A stretch of DNA of 63,652 nucleotides, filler included, from Choristocarpus tenellus KU-1152 (Eukaryota > Protista > Phaeophyceae), in assembly GCA_964200185.2 (NCBI GenBank). It is 9 parts of 9 records of this genome, joined end to end, with 100 filler letters (N's around TTAATTAATTAA, not from the genome) between each part and the next. Parts side by side here need not be neighbours in the genome. Positions count along the whole stretch, not along the records: positions 1 to 9,854 come from CAXNAD020003329.1; positions 9,955 to 12,978 come from CAXNAD020022860.1; 7 more parts are not named here. The stretch is one strand, 5' to 3'. Both the position numbers and the translations under genes were made by a program. The stretch's first letter is position 1, and each line of letters starts with the position of its first letter. The notes beneath the pieces were generated by a model. It was not told the origin of the DNA and made no database searches. It saw only the letters and a program-made list of their open reading frames with translations. Shown one piece after another: positions 1-13,078 of the stretch.

Positions 1-59
1 TTTGGTCTAAATGGACACTCTGGTGTAGACCCCCCCCCCCCTCCCAGATACTTTGGGTC
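1..59 (+). mobile_element. MITE family B, right end
   Basis: AAATGGACAC..GAC(C)nAGATACTTTGGGTC. Confidence 0.75.
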
Positions 60-300
60 AGATGTAAGGATAGCACTTACGTAGATACAGGAAAACTGTC
101 CCAAGTGGATGCCTCCAAACAATTGTGTGTGAAAGAATGCAATAAAGGCCCGGTGAGTATTGACAAAATATTTCAAGCTGAATTTGGGGGGACTTGTTTT
201 CTATCCCCTGAACTTTGTATGTTAGTCGCTGGGATTCCCTCTTGTGCGGAATACCAGATGCTTGGCAACAACCTTTGAGGATCCATATTGTTTTCATGCC

Positions 301-613
301 ACAATACTGATACTAACCTCCCCGATAAAGCAAGCATGGCTAAGACTATCACTGCGGTGTAGGTACCATCTCCAGCAGGAAGATTGCCTCTGACATTGAG
401 AGCAAACCTTGATGTTGAAAGTTCGAACCTCTCTCTCACCATGTGGAGTCTTTCACCCACTTTATGCCCCTCGGCGCTGAGATCAGTTTGAACTTTCAAC
501 ATCAAGGTTTGCTCTCGAAGTCAGAGGTGATCTTCCTGCTGGAGATGGTGCATACCCTGTAGTAGTAGTCTTGATCATACCTGCTATATTGAGGGGGTTA
601 GGATCAGCGATGT
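301..613. mobile_element. Foldback element / long inverted repeat
   Basis: Arms 301-428 and 486-613 are reverse complements (e.g. CCATCTCCAGCAGGAAGAT / ATCTTCCTGCTGGAGATGG; AGAGCAAACCTTGATGTTGAAAGTT / AACTTTCAACATCAAGGTTTGCTCT) around a 57-bp spacer. Confidence 0.85.
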
Positions 614-619
614 GATGTA

Positions 620-3150
620 GAATCAATACTGACTCTCATATGCTCTTGCCGAGCTTATGACAGAACCAAACATTTGGCTTCTTTTCTGCTCCACAGCATT
701 TGGTATGCCACTCACAGGAATTGCCTCCTCTGTGGAGTGCCCCCAAAGCAAGAAGAATTGCACACCATGTACAGTTCCGAGGTTCACAACACCCTCTCTC
801 GCCACAAACATCCATGATGCATACTCGTGGAGAACCTCCACTGATTCTGCTTATACATGATTGAGAAACAGTGAGTCACAGTGGAAAGGAAAAGAAAGGG
901 GTGCTACTGTTCAAGGTGACGTTGACTCTGGCGGAGTGCGATCAAGTGCGCAACAAGATAAATCAACAAAGAGACGTGGGTTAAAACCTCATCTTTAGAT
1001 ATGAGGTAGCGTGCAGATCTTAAAGAATTGCGTTTAAAGTCAGTCTTCACGGAGTGACCTCCCAATGGTGGATGCCCACTGTCTTCCAACGACCACGAGA
1101 TGAAGTCCAGGTATTGAACCAGAACAACAAATTGCAATACCATTTATCTGTGAAACTCACCACGACCCCTCCTGAACAGGAGCAATGTTGCACGAGTCAC
1201 TCTGCGGTTGACATGACCCACACCTGGGCGGTAGATTGAGACGTAAACCACTACTGCCTGGGGCATGGTGTCGCACAGTGTGCACAGGATCAGTGTGATT
1301 CGCTGGCGTGGCGAGAGTTTGGGCAGCCACGACCTATACGTTGACGACGGGAGGGTTTGTGCTGCCAGGATACCCCTAGGGTATCCACCTTGCGCTGACC
1401 CCCTCATCGTGAAGCCAGCCACCCGTGCCTGTCCATCCCAGACTCTGTTCTCAATAAACACTGCATGGGGGAATTGCAGGTGGTCTCCCAGCCTGATTCC
1501 ACAGATGTCTTGTCGAGGATGGCAAGTGATGTCAGTACCTTAGGGAAATTTTAGAAATGGTGAAAGCAAATGTTACCATGGGAAACGACAGCATGTGGGA
1601 CGCAGGAGGATCACAGGGGAGAGTAAAATAATCTTAGAGGGTACGAGTTTTTCCCTCTCTTTCCATTTGGGGCTTGGGTTCCCACTGGTTTTTATGACGT
1701 TCTACCTACTCCAAAATGTTTCGGAGTAGGTAAAATGCATATGTTATGAAAAGGTGTGTTCGGAACAAGGATATTGACATCTCCTAACAAACATGATAGC
1801 CAAAATTACATATAAATTGCAACATTGGATTTTGGTGCCCAAATGGACGCAGCTCTACCCTCTAAAATACTCTGACTCGGGATTCTCCTGAACAAGGTGA
1901 ATAGAGGACCGTAGTTTCCTTGGCACAGAGGTCATTCATGGGTGGTGGGATTTGTTTGTTCTCGAGGGACAGGCATACCAAGGTAGAGGAGAAGTAGCCA
2001 AGTAGTATACACACCAGAGATTAAGGCATCCGCTCGTCCCCGGGGACCACTTAATTTCGAGTTCTCTGACTCTACTTGATGATCGTTCATGAGATGGAGA
2101 GTGATCGTAACCACAAGTTCACACAAAACAACGACCAACACGACATCTGCTGCGCCAAAAAATGAGCCTTTTACCACGGTGTCCTTCTCCTGGATAAAAA
2201 CGATGGCAAAGTGTGTAGCACAGTGATAAAGAAGGTCCAGCTGTGCAGCAAGAGAAGTGGAGACAACCTGAGCTTCTACTAACAATTAGTAGTGGCAGCC
2301 ACAGGAGAGGGAAGCAGGTTATCGACGCTTAAGGAAGTTCGGTCCTGAATCAGGATTTGGACAATCGAACACGGTTCAAACACAGCTACAACACGTATCT
2401 CGAAGCGAACAACCCGCTATGAGTCGGACATCTACGTTGCTGGGACTTCAGGTAATGGCTTGGATGTACTTGTTACCGGGCTTAGATCCTTCACGAGCGC
2501 TAAGCATGAAGCGGTCTCGTCAACAGATCTGTCACGGAGACAGTAGGCCTCGGATAGCGTGTAGCCCTTAAGCACCCAGTCGGCATCACTAATGTGCACA
2601 TGTTTTATTATCCATAGCATCAAGCGTAGGATTCCATCGACCCAGCCCATGTTGATGAATAATCAACGACCTGAGCAGACTGGGAAGGAGGTTGTGCGGC
2701 AAAGTAGGAGGTGATTGTTCTGAGGATGGAGATCCTATTGCAAGCGAGCAAAGTCCCGACGAAACCATCTGTCTCCCATAAAATATCCGCACAAGCTTCT
2801 CCTCATATCAAATGCAAAAGAAATCCGAGGTTAGATGGGGCAGATTCATCCCCCACCGCCGTTGGTCGGAAAAGGACAGGCAGTGCACAAATTGACATAT
2901 TCGTCCTTGTGTTCGAGGATTTGGTTCGGCTACAAGTATTCGTGTTACCTTGGCAGTTCCTCATCTCGGTCGCGTATTACGATGGACGAGGCGACGAGTT
3001 TTCATGCCTTGCTTGATTGGGAGTTTACCTTCCCTAGCTGCATAACCATTTTTTGGTGCAGGTACGGTCGTAGGCGAGCATTCATTGTCATGTTTTGTAC
3101 ATCACTCCTCGCATGACGTTTCATGGCGTTTCATGACCGTAGAAAAGTTG
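620..3150 (-). mobile_element. Nested, heavily decayed LTR-retrotransposon (copia-like gag/protease) fragments
   Basis: Broken minus-strand frames with SWSLEDSG..LTHVSLL..HLIALRQ (protease-like) and SKAxKLVASSI (gag-like). No intact ORF; boundaries approximate. Confidence 0.38.
1621..1878 (+). mobile_element. MITE family A, full copy
   Basis: Terminal inverted repeats GAGT(A)AAATAATCTTAGAGGG / CCCTCTAAAATACTCTGACTC; flanked by GGGA on both sides; aligns by eye with six other copies in the window. Confidence 0.9.
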
Positions 3151-4019
3151 TAGTTGGAAAATGCCGTACAGACTTGTTCTTGGAGTGTGGGTTACTATAT
3201 TTAATATAGGGTTCTGGACTGAAAAGGTGTCCACCTTGTCCCCATCCTATCATCGGAAAACCTCCGATGTAAGATTGTTGGGGAGGATTGCAGAGAAGTT
3301 GAAAAATAGAAGTAGAAATGGGCATCTCACGAACAAACGTTGTTTGTAACTATATTCCTGTAATGAGGAGAGTAAACCGAAAGCCAATCACGATTAAAAA
3401 CTTCTGTGCAGAGTGAAGTATGTACTATTTCCCAAGAGGTCGCTCAATCCTCTGGAAATGATATACTGGCGCAGAGACTCAGACTGCAACAAAATAGGTG
3501 ACGTGGAATTTCTTGTTGTAGAAGCAACGGTGTTGTATGAAGGAGGGGTTGTGAGGAGGGATAGACTTCTTTGATTGGCAGTGAGATACATCAGCTACTG
3601 TCAATGCAGCATTGTTTTCTCTCCTTGTGGGACTTTTGTATTGAGTGGACGAACTTGATTGAGGCAGCTGAATTGTTTAATTTAGCGAGTTCATATTGTC
3701 GTTGAACCATGTGGCGTTAGGTGGTGCTGGTGTGTATATATATACAAACAGAACGGTGGAATGATGTGCTTTAAGGCGAATTTAAAACGAGATGGAGCAT
3801 ATATACATTATTTTGCCCTCTGAAATTTTGTAGATTTGTGAGGGAAAAAGCAAAGCCAATATCACAAGGACCTCTGTAAAAGCAACAACAGTTGTCGTAA
3901 ATGTGAAAGATGCATGTCCAAAGACTACTTACTGTTTGAATGTGCTCCAAATACTACAACACTCCCTTAAAGGTCAGAAATCACAACGTTTTGTGTACAA
4001 TGTTGCTATGCCTCTAACC

Positions 4020-5060
4020 TAGCTTAGCCCTAAGCAAGCGGGGGAGGAGCTAGGTAAGCATCCCAAGAATGTGATAGGCCCTTCTTGCCCATCTGCCTGG
4101 TTTCTCTTGCTTGAAACGTCGTGGCGGTTCTCAAAAGAGCCACTTGCGTCGCCACCGACACTATTTGTCGTAAGCGGGATTTGAGCGCACCTTTCCTGTT
4201 CTGAACTCTTGCCCTTTGTTTCCCCCGCTGAACGTGTAGCCAATTCATCTAAAACACGTTTTGCTTGCTTGCCGAGACGCCCAAAACCTTCCACCACGAA
4301 AGTGTTGAGGTGGAGTGCGTTGTGAAGAGAATCAGTAAATGACCTTCTTGGCTGGAGCTCCACCGGAGGAAAAGGAGTGAAAACTCGTCCGATTTCAAAA
4401 AATGGTACGGAGAGGTAGTAGTTGACAGGTCTTGTCATTACATCAATTTGAAGACCCAAGAATCAAACAGAGGGAGAAGAGATCATGCACGATGTGGTGG
4501 TCGCCAGAAGTGACCTTTGTGGACACCGTGACCATGGTGGGCAAATTTATTTTTCCCACGACTAAGAGTTCAAAGCACCGTGTCCTGAGAGGTTGCTGTT
4601 GTGAGTGCTTTGTCGACTTCAATGCTCGAATATCCTTACCCAACCATTCGCAACAGTTCTGTTGTGTATCCTCACTGTTATTGAATATTTCGTGGAGGCG
4701 CTAGCGAGCAAGTATGTTCTCTGGGTCCAACCGACCTCGTGAACGTTCCGCTATCCTACGTTTTCTTCTGGCTAGATCTCGCCCGACATGAATTCCCAAT
4801 CAAGTTTTGGAACTATCCATCCCAGATTTGGGGGCTATGTTATGTGCGCGACTCTTGATAACGACCCTTGTCACCAGCATGTCTCACTAGAACATCCTCG
4901 CGAGGAGCGGAGGTGTTCTGAATTGGGCCGTGGTCGATCGATGAGAGTCGACAGTTGTAAGGGCACACATTCAAGCCCCAGAATTGGATCCCCTGTTCAC
5001 CACATACCTCCCACCTGATGTCCCACTCATCCCCACCAATCGAATCAGCAATGGCAACCA
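4020..5060 (-). mobile_element. Degraded non-LTR retrotransposon with restriction-like endonuclease C-terminus (CRE/R2-type)
   Basis: FVVEGFGRLGKQAKRVLDELA..LRQIVSVATQ at ~4130-4300; a frameshifted QGDP-like RT motif at ~4985-5000. Confidence 0.62.
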
Positions 5061-5574
5061 TCAGCCTTTAGAGCACAAGAACAAAACGTGCCAAGAGACT
5101 TACCTCTACCTTTTGGTTCTCTTCTAAAATCCATATCCTGCAGTAAAACCACTGCCGTATTCACCTGACCATGACCATAACCCAGGGTTAGAAGGGGTTG
5201 GAAGGGGTTGGAAAGGGGTCACCGCTCGATAGGAGGAGATGGTGCATGGAAATCGAAGTAGGAAAGGGTTTGAAATGTTGGGTATCGGATGGGGTCGAAG
5301 CTGCAAAACATGATGAAGGTGGAGGGCAGAAGTTAGGGGTTAGGATATTAGGGGTGAGCTGTGTACTATTTTGGGAACGTAGATAGGGTTGTAGTACTGG
5401 CGTTACATTTGTATCAATACTAATCCCATTTTTATGCAACCATTGTACGTATATATTTTTAGCTAGTCTGGCCTTAATACTTCTCCTTAGCATTGGATAT
5501 TTCCTGGAGTATCAACAACTATTATATTTGTCTGTATAATGACACTACTACTGCAAAGTAAGTATGTATTTAGT

Positions 5575-5735
5575 TATAAATGTATGTATGTATTTTTTAC
5601 TTATTTATTTATGTATGTATCTATTTAGTTATATATGTATATATGTATTTTTAATTTTTTATGTATGTATGTATGTATGTATGTATGTATGTATGTATGT
5701 ATGTATGTATTTATGTATGTATGTATGTATGTATA
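5575..5735. repeat. (TATG)n microsatellite
   Basis: Seen directly. Confidence 0.95.
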
Positions 5736-8289
5736 CACATATTTGCACCTGACAGGGTTTCAGACACCGTCCTTTGTATGCAGGCAGGATGTGACCACTA
5801 TAGACACTTTTGCTGCCATCCGTTCCTGATCACAAACTCAACGTCAACCCTACATCATTCTCTTCCATGCAAATACTGTTGGTTATACTACGTCCATGAT
5901 AAAAAAATAGTGTATTTTCTCTTCTCCCCAACATTCCTGTGTTCATTTGAGTTTTGGTTGCACGTTGAGTGCCAAATTTCAGAGCTTCAATGTGTGTTGA
6001 AGTACAGCAGAGCATGAGTCTGAATAAGTGCGGTTCATAGGATATACTTCAAGAATACATACCATTTCTGAACCATGCTCGGTGCACTCTGTCACATCAC
6101 AATATATGTGGGTACTCAGATTTGTATCTCCTCTAGAACAACCCACTACCAAAACATATGTCATACATGCTGCAGTATAGATAGCTCATTTTGTAGTGCG
6201 CTTTCTTCAACACCATGTACCTCTCGCTGAACAACCTTTACATGGTTCATACTTGTCATGGGTGCTTTGTTAGGAGGTAATGAGTTCTCTGTGCAAATGG
6301 TGAAGAGATCCAATTCAGCTGATGGACTTTGGAGAGCATTTGCACAGGTGTGTTGTTGGGTTGTTATGAGAGAGACACAAATGATGAAACCCGTATGACT
6401 CCCCCCCCTAACAAAATGACCCACTTGCCATGAATTGTGTCTGTTCCTAAAATCTTTTGCAAAATCAGTTGTACAAGCCATCTATCTAGCCTAAAAAAAA
6501 CCTTTTGTTTCATTCATACACTACCAGTAAATCTCTATCAAATAGTGTTTACATCTATCTCTTGCTTGGTGCAGATATCCATACGGGTGTTATTGTACAT
6601 CCAACGAAAAATGTCTCTCTGATTCCACGGACTGGAAACTCCTTGAAGCACAGCTGCCTAGAAGCACAGCTGTCTACGCCATATATTGCCTTAGCCCATG
6701 ACACACTCGTGAACTGTTGTGGCGGAGATATATAGTGGTATATATACATTAGAAGTCAAGAGGAGTTTAGCCCATGGTGGCCAGACCTGATCTGAGGATT
6801 AAGTTTTGATACTTTTCCTTCTTCATCATAGGGACAAGATATGGTTTGATTACACGTATAGATGCACTCTCCCTGATTCTTATCGGCGGTGAACACCACC
6901 TGTTCCACAGCATGATATTTCGTGAGAAATATATGGTAGACAAGAACATCATGTTGTGGAACAGGTGAGATTCGTCGCTGACGAGGATTTGAGAGTGGAC
7001 TTGGAAGGGTATGAGGCATGCCTTGATGGAAATAATTTTTTATCCAGAGGCAATGGAAATGTTGATGAATGTGATGCTAAAGTATCACCGAGTTTTGGTG
7101 TCTACATAGTTTTCATTGATACTATTGTTTTGCTGGTGTCTAGACACACTGTATAAGAATCGCCAGTTGAATGAGTTGAATCTACTTGAATCCATTGAGT
7201 ATTACATATAAGTAGTAGCTACTGAGGTGAGCGTGAATAGCGACCATCACAATGAATAAATCAACATTCAATATGGACTGACGATAATGTATCATATCAA
7301 AACAAATCAAATGAGTAGCCTATATTTTATCAACTTGCACCTTCATAAAAATGAAGGAGGAGGGCTTCTGTCAGCACTTTGCCAACAACGACAACAGCAC
7401 TGTCTTGGACTTTGACCGAGGGATTGGGACTTGCACCATGACCAGGGCCGAGGGGCGAGAGAAGCTCCACCTTGGTCTGGTTACAACAGTATTTTCCGCT
7501 CCAGGGTACCAGGGCTGCCAGAACTTGGGAGCAGTCCTTACGGTGAAAGCATGCGGCAGCGTCAGTGCTGTCACCTACGACGCATCTCCACAGCCTGCTG
7601 TGAAGAACAGGTGCAAAGAGCCATATGCACGGTCATGTGTGTTCTTGTATGGGATGACCAGTGTTTGGATCGAGGAGGGGAAGGGTGAGGATGGTGAGGG
7701 ATTGTGTACGCGAAGTGCAGGTTGGAGTCAAGTACGGGTTTCAATATGACTACTCAATTATCACCATACAGACAAAGGAAGAGCAGCATACGGGTTGATA
7801 GGGTAGGGTAGGTGATATTAATTTGAAGGGGTTTGAACGAGTGTCTGTCACCCATGGTCTCTTGTCCCTGTAGAGCCCTCTAGGATATAGCTGATAAGTG
7901 AGCAAGTCATACTTCACCACACCCACCACTAGCTGCAAGAATGGCTGTTGTTATGTTCATTATACCAGTGTTGTAGGGTCACTGCATAAAAGGAAGGGCA
8001 ATGAATTGACAAACGCTTGAGCTCTATTCTTGTCTGACCTAGTATTTGTTACCATCTTCTTATTGCGATATGCTTTTCAATTACCTTCAAAGTACACATT
8101 TTGGCACATGCCTATTTCTTTGTCTCTGTATGGTGACTTTTTTCCATACAGAGCATTTTCGTGTTTGGTTGGGAGTACGCTTCTATGGGGTTGAGTTTGT
8201 GGACCAGCGGTGGAGGGAGGGGCGGGGATCGATCTTCATTGTTATTGGGGTATTCTTTGTCCACTCAGCTGAAGATGTGTGTACCTTTG

Positions 8290-8720
8290 CCTCAATCAGA
8301 AGGGGTGGTGCGTACAGAAATGCGTTTCCCTTCAGCCCTAAAACAAAAATGGATCATGCCCAGCCCTTCTCCACTCCTTGTCCACCTCTCCGCCCTCAAC
8401 AGCAATACATCCTGTTTCTGTTGCATGTTGCAAGATGTCACACTCTCTAACTTGTGGGGAATCCTCCTCCCACCCTTCACCTTCTCTTCCTCTGTTTTCA
8501 CTATGATATTTTCCCTGGAGTGCAGTACCCTGGAGGCGGTGCGTGATGCCTGTCCTTACATGCCCACCAACATTTGGGAATGGGCGAACTTGAGACGAGC
8601 GGATGGAACTTCCCCCACATGCCTCTGGGCTCGTAGTAAGGACAATCACATGCCACCGATGTGCACCATACCATCCTTCTTCTCCGAGGGGGAGGTGGTT
8701 GCACTAAGGGCACTGTGGGA
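8290..8720 (+). mobile_element. Degraded Ty1/copia integrase fragment
   Basis: CMLQDVTLSNLWG..LEAVRDACPY..ANLRR resembles copia ML..A.LP..LW.E..TPY..P.L..LR. Confidence 0.45.
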
Positions 8721-9854
8721 GGTGAGGCTGTTGTTTGTGATTGATTACACTAGCGATGATGGTGGAGATGAGGGTTAGGGAGGATTGTCATCATTATGGT
8801 GCAAACACTGTCAAGATGTGTGCATGAGAGAACGTAATAGAAACGTATCTACCATAAAGAAAAGTCTGGGGCTTCCTCCTGCCTTCTACACTCCCCACCC
8901 CTCAACATCCACCATTTCTGTCCACATGCTTCCTGCCGTTTGAGGTTGTTTCATTTGTTTCGTCCTCAGACCGTCAGACCCTCAGCCCTAGGCCATATCT
9001 CCCCCCCCGAGGCCAGCACTGGTCGAGATGTTGAAAATACGGTCGTTGTCCTTACACCAAATCACCCAACCTCAGCTGAATTACTTCTCCAGGCACTTAC
9101 ACCCACCTTGTGAACTCTCTGGTACTGAAACCAAAACGCCCTGTGCAGGTCATATCCAGTGGAGGTACAACCATTACCGAAACATCTCTCTTCGGTTATG
9201 ACGACACCACTGGAAACGGAGTCTCTCATTGGAACGAGATCGGGGCCACTCTGAGAGTGCTTTCAGAGGATGGGACTGGTGAGCTTACAAGCTTCTAGTG
9301 CCGCCTGATAGCTGTCGGAGAAGGGGCTCGTGATTATCAATATATTGACGTGTGTGTGGTTGAACCTAACCGTAGTACACACAAGATAATATTGTTGAGA
9401 GCAAGGGCAGAACCGCATGAAATCCTTGCCACCTTCCCCAAATCATTGTTGATTGGTGTTGAATGATCTACCCCATAATGCAGGAAGCCCTGGAACAGCA
9501 ACAGCCGATAGATTTCTGCTCCTTGCTGAGGCCTTAAGAAATGGAGAGCTTGCAGCTTCGAGACTAGGTAGGAAGGAACCCTTTTTAAGCTGTACATAAT
9601 GTACTAGACTGGATACCATTAAATTCCCTTCCCACATAGCACCCAAGCAAGCATCTTCCTCCACCTGCGCGTTGCAGGCTGCAGCACACAGATTGGTAAC
9701 AGGTATATTTTTCAATCCAGTCTTGTGAGTGATCTAATTCTTTGTTGTGCACTATATCCTGCGCATTTTTGGTGTCCGCATGGAGTTTGTTGCTGGGTAC
9801 GAGCCCAGTCGAAGCAGGCTTAGTCTAGCAGGTCTCGAGTGTGTGTGGATCCCT

Positions 9855-9954
9855 NNNNNNNNNNNNNNNNNNNNNNNNNNNNNNNNNNNNNNNNNNNNTT
9901 AATTAATTAANNNNNNNNNNNNNNNNNNNNNNNNNNNNNNNNNNNNNNNNNNNN
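9855..9954. other. Artificial contig linker (N44-TTAATTAATTAA-N44); also at 12979-13078, 27349-27448, 31051-31150, 34212-34311, 38793-38892, 42565-42664, 54054-54153
   Basis: Identical 100-nt spacer with stops in all six frames, present eight times. Confidence 0.98.
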
Positions 9955-9992
9955 TTTGGTGCCCCCCCCCCCCCCCCCAGATACTTTGGGTC
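9955..9992 (+). mobile_element. MITE family B, right end at contig start
   Basis: (C)nAGATACTTTGGGTC. Confidence 0.7.
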
Positions 9993-10246
9993 ATTGTATT
10001 GATAGTGCATCCCACGAAGAACAAAGCATGCGCTAGAGTGACACAAAGCCCTGTATCTGCTGATCTCAATTCACGCAATAAGCACAAAGGAATGAGCAAT
10101 CATGCGTAAAGAGCCCACAAAAGTTGTTGAACCATAGAAGTCAAACCCACCATCGACCTTCATCAACCTCCCAGACCATTTATCCATGCTGCAATCTCTA
10201 GTGCAAGAAATCCACCCTCACCTTACATTCGACAAGAGATCCTTAC

Positions 10247-10990
10247 CGATGACAATCTTGACCTTGTTGAGTGGGATCTTTGAAGCCATCCGTGCTATCC
10301 TCTCCCTTAGCCTTCCTCCAATAGTCGGTCTAATCAATGGAGAGTTTGGTGACTCTGTATCCCCCCTCCAACGACCCCCAACCGACTTCACATCACCATA
10401 CCTTAACCTCCCTCGTTTACTCTCCTCCCCTCCATGGACGGGAGCAAGTTCATTTTTTGTCGCAGAAAGCCATAGTGCCTGCTCATTTGACCCTCCAACG
10501 GTAGGTAACTCAGAAACCTCTTGACCTCCTCGCGTTTCCAGTGATGGGTACACAGAATTTTGATGCGTGACTGACATATCTACTTCGTCTCCTTCCCCCT
10601 TTTCCCTCAACCTGTTCTTGATGAGTCGGATCAGCCAGACATTGGACAGCGTTCTTCCCCAACCCTGGGCAGCTGCAGCATTCGGAGGTTCTCTGCTGTA
10701 CCTGTCAGCTGTAGTAGTTTCATGAAAACTCGAGGTCTTCTTGTCCATTGACAGGAGATGCATGTCACTGCTCGATTTTGAGCGAAGTTTAGCCGTGGAG
10801 AGGGACCTGCGCAAGCTGTGGACTGCTTCCAGGCCTCCCAATAGAAAAACTATGGCCAGCGCCAGGAACAGAACCAAAAGCAACAAAAACAACACACCCA
10901 GCACTTGGATAAACACCCCTAACCCGTCCTGACAGGAATGACATATCACACCGTTGGACCTCCCATATCCAGGTTCACACACTGCACAGT
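10247..10990 (-). CDS. Internal exon of a Cys-rich membrane protein (CAVC..GY..C..C, transmembrane helix, KxKIVI), resembling stramenopile polymorphic-membrane/adhesin-like proteins
   Basis: 744-nt open phase 1-1 exon between AG and GTAAGG. It reads CAVCEPGYGRSNGVICHSC, then hydrophobic VLGVLFLLLLVLFLALAIVFLLGG, a long loop, and KIPLNKVKIVI. Confidence 0.72.
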
Positions 10991-11149
10991 CTTCAAGGTC
11001 CTCAGCCATCAATGGTAGGAGTGAAGGGTGCATTTTGGGGTGAGGTTTAGCGCTTGTGGTAATCAGGTGGGTTTTAGAACTTGAGCGTGATGTATGGTGT
11101 GCTTATTTATAAGTAAGGGTACTGGTACGGGGCGTACAACATACTTGTT

Positions 11150-11720
11150 GCACTGAAGATATTATTTTGTAGTCCAATATTGCTGACATACTATCCTTCA
11201 TTATCCAACCTTAAGGCATATCATGTTGCCAATCATTTCTTCATGGTTTGTCACAAGAATTGCACCCACTCAGATGAACATATAGCAACAAAGCTCTGGT
11301 ACAATATCCCCGTTATACTACTCAGTTTTCGCACTTGCAACAATGGTATAGTTGGGAAACTCCAATGGTTAGGCTCGTTTTTCCAATGTCTCCATGGTTA
11401 CCAATGATCCATCTGTAGATTTCCCACTGCAGGGTTGGGGGTATAGATCAACTGTCAACTCTTCCCCTTACCGAAACCGTAACCGGGAAACAACCGCAGT
11501 TTATACTGGGGTCGTTTGTCACAACCCTGTAGACACCTGGAATATTCGACCTATTTGCACTGCATACCCTTGGCAACCAACGTTCATGAACAGTCTGGCA
11601 CTGTTTGCCCCTCTGTTTGTACTCGATGTTCCCAGTCCAAACGAGATTCCTTACGAAGAGCCAGAAAGTGGATTCATAGGTACCCTAGTGGTTTCTTGCA
11701 ACCTACTTCTTGCAACCTGA
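11150..11720 (+). mobile_element. Degraded Ty1/copia integrase/SH3 fragment
   Basis: ..CNNGIVGKL.. (cf. QNGxxER) then NIRPICTAY..LAL..PESGFI..VVSCN (cf. R.FGC.AY..KL..R..SRDV). Confidence 0.42.
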
Positions 11721-12254
11721 AATGAACGCGCAGGTGACATTCAAGGATATGTGGGCGCATGGGGTGAGGACCTCCCTTCGTTGAGTCTCCTAATGCTTAG
11801 GATACCTTGCTGGTTAGTTGGATCAATGGGCTGACACCCAAGAGTGCGATCTGCACTCCATTCTTATTGCTGTGGTGGCATCTGTGACTCGGATGAATGT
11901 GTTGTGGAGATTTTTTTTTATTCTTTCATTCTTCCTTGTGTGCCCCTCACAACAACCTCCTCTTGTGTGCTTGATTTCAACAGCTCAAACACCAAAAGTT
12001 TCTCTTACGATTTGTAAACAAATTAAACCCATCAAGAGAAGTATATGCACCCTGACGAATATCTTACCGCAACACATTGGTACGATAATCCTGTTTAGAA
12101 CTCATGTAATCACTTGCAACAGCCATAATGGGCTACTGCTAACCTTCTGTGGCAAGGATGGGATACTGCAGGGTTCGGTGATGATATAATTGGGTGGCAT
12201 TTGGGGCTTCACTAGAGGGTAAAACAAAGTGTGGAAGCTTTGTCAAATAATACC

Positions 12255-12575
12255 TATTGTGCTGGAGCAGTTCCAGAGGAAAGGAACAATGAGGGGATTG
12301 TGCCTGGGTAAACCGTTGGAGTTATTTTGCAGGGAAAGGGATGAGAATATCCTCCACTATGCAACCATGTAGCTCAAAGCAACAACAGGAGGAGAGGTAC
12401 AGGGAGGGGCTGTTTGTCTTGCTCGAGAGGGGTGAGCCTGGGTAAACCTGTCGGGGATGTACTGTGGGTAAAAGAGAAAGATAACGCCAGTCATTAAATA
12501 GTCACAGTGCTAGAGGAGCACCAGAAGGAAAGGCACAGGAGGGGGCTACATGTTCTGTGCGAGGGGTGTGTGTCT
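12255..12575. repeat. Diverged purine-rich tandem units (~130-150 bp, x3)
   Basis: GAGGAAAGG.ACA..GAGGGG..GCCTGGGTAAACC recurs; the third unit is interrupted by MITE A. Confidence 0.55.
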
Positions 12576-12900
12576 GAGTGAAAGTATCTTAGAGGTTACG
12601 ACTTTTGCCCTGTTTCAATGTTCGGGGCTTGGCTTCCCAAAGTTTTTTTTGACATTTTCCTACCCGAAACATTTCGGAGTAGGTAAAATGTGTTGAAACA
12701 CTAGTAAACCTGACTATCTGCTCGGTAGCTCAGGGGTTTACTAGTGTTTAAACAAAATGTGTATGTTATGAAAAGGTGAGTCCAGAACAAGGATATTGGC
12801 ACTCCATAACGAACACGATTACCAATATTACATCGAAATCGCAACATTGAACTTTGGACGCCAAACGTATGCGGCTCTAGCCTCTAAGATACTTCGACTC
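12576..12900 (+). mobile_element. MITE family A, full copy carrying a nested 62-bp insertion
   Basis: GAGTGAAAGTATCTTAGAGG...CCTCTAAGATACTTCGACTC; flanked by TCT on both sides. Confidence 0.9.
12692..12753. mobile_element. 62-bp hairpin micro-element nested in MITE A
   Basis: GTTGAAACACTAGTAAACC...GGTTTACTAGTGTTTAAAC (19-bp TIR, 1 mismatch), flanked by duplicated AAAATGT (12685-12691, 12754-12760). Absent from the other copies. Confidence 0.85.
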
Positions 12901-12909
12901 TCTGGGTAA

Positions 12910-12978
12910 GGCTCAAAGTATCTGGGAGGGGGGGGCGGCTGTCCATTTGGGGTCAATTTTTTCATGTCACGATTTTTG
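12910..12978 (+). mobile_element. MITE family B, left end at contig end
   Basis: GGCTCAAAGTATCTGGGA(G)nCGGCTGTCCATTTGGGGTCAATTTTTTCATGTCACG. Confidence 0.8.
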
Positions 12979-13078
12979 NNNNNNNNNNNNNNNNNNNNNN
13001 NNNNNNNNNNNNNNNNNNNNNNTTAATTAATTAANNNNNNNNNNNNNNNNNNNNNNNNNNNNNNNNNNNNNNNNNNNN

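Noticed and set aside
5564-6017. ORFs such as MYVCMYVC.., LLLLLF.., IITITI.. and VCVCVC.. (also 19922-20316, 33192-33697, 40697-41182)
   Set aside because: These are translations of microsatellites and low-complexity tracts.
9899-9910. Recurring TTAATTAATTAA as a biological motif
   Set aside because: It is always centred in fixed-length N runs; an assembly spacer.
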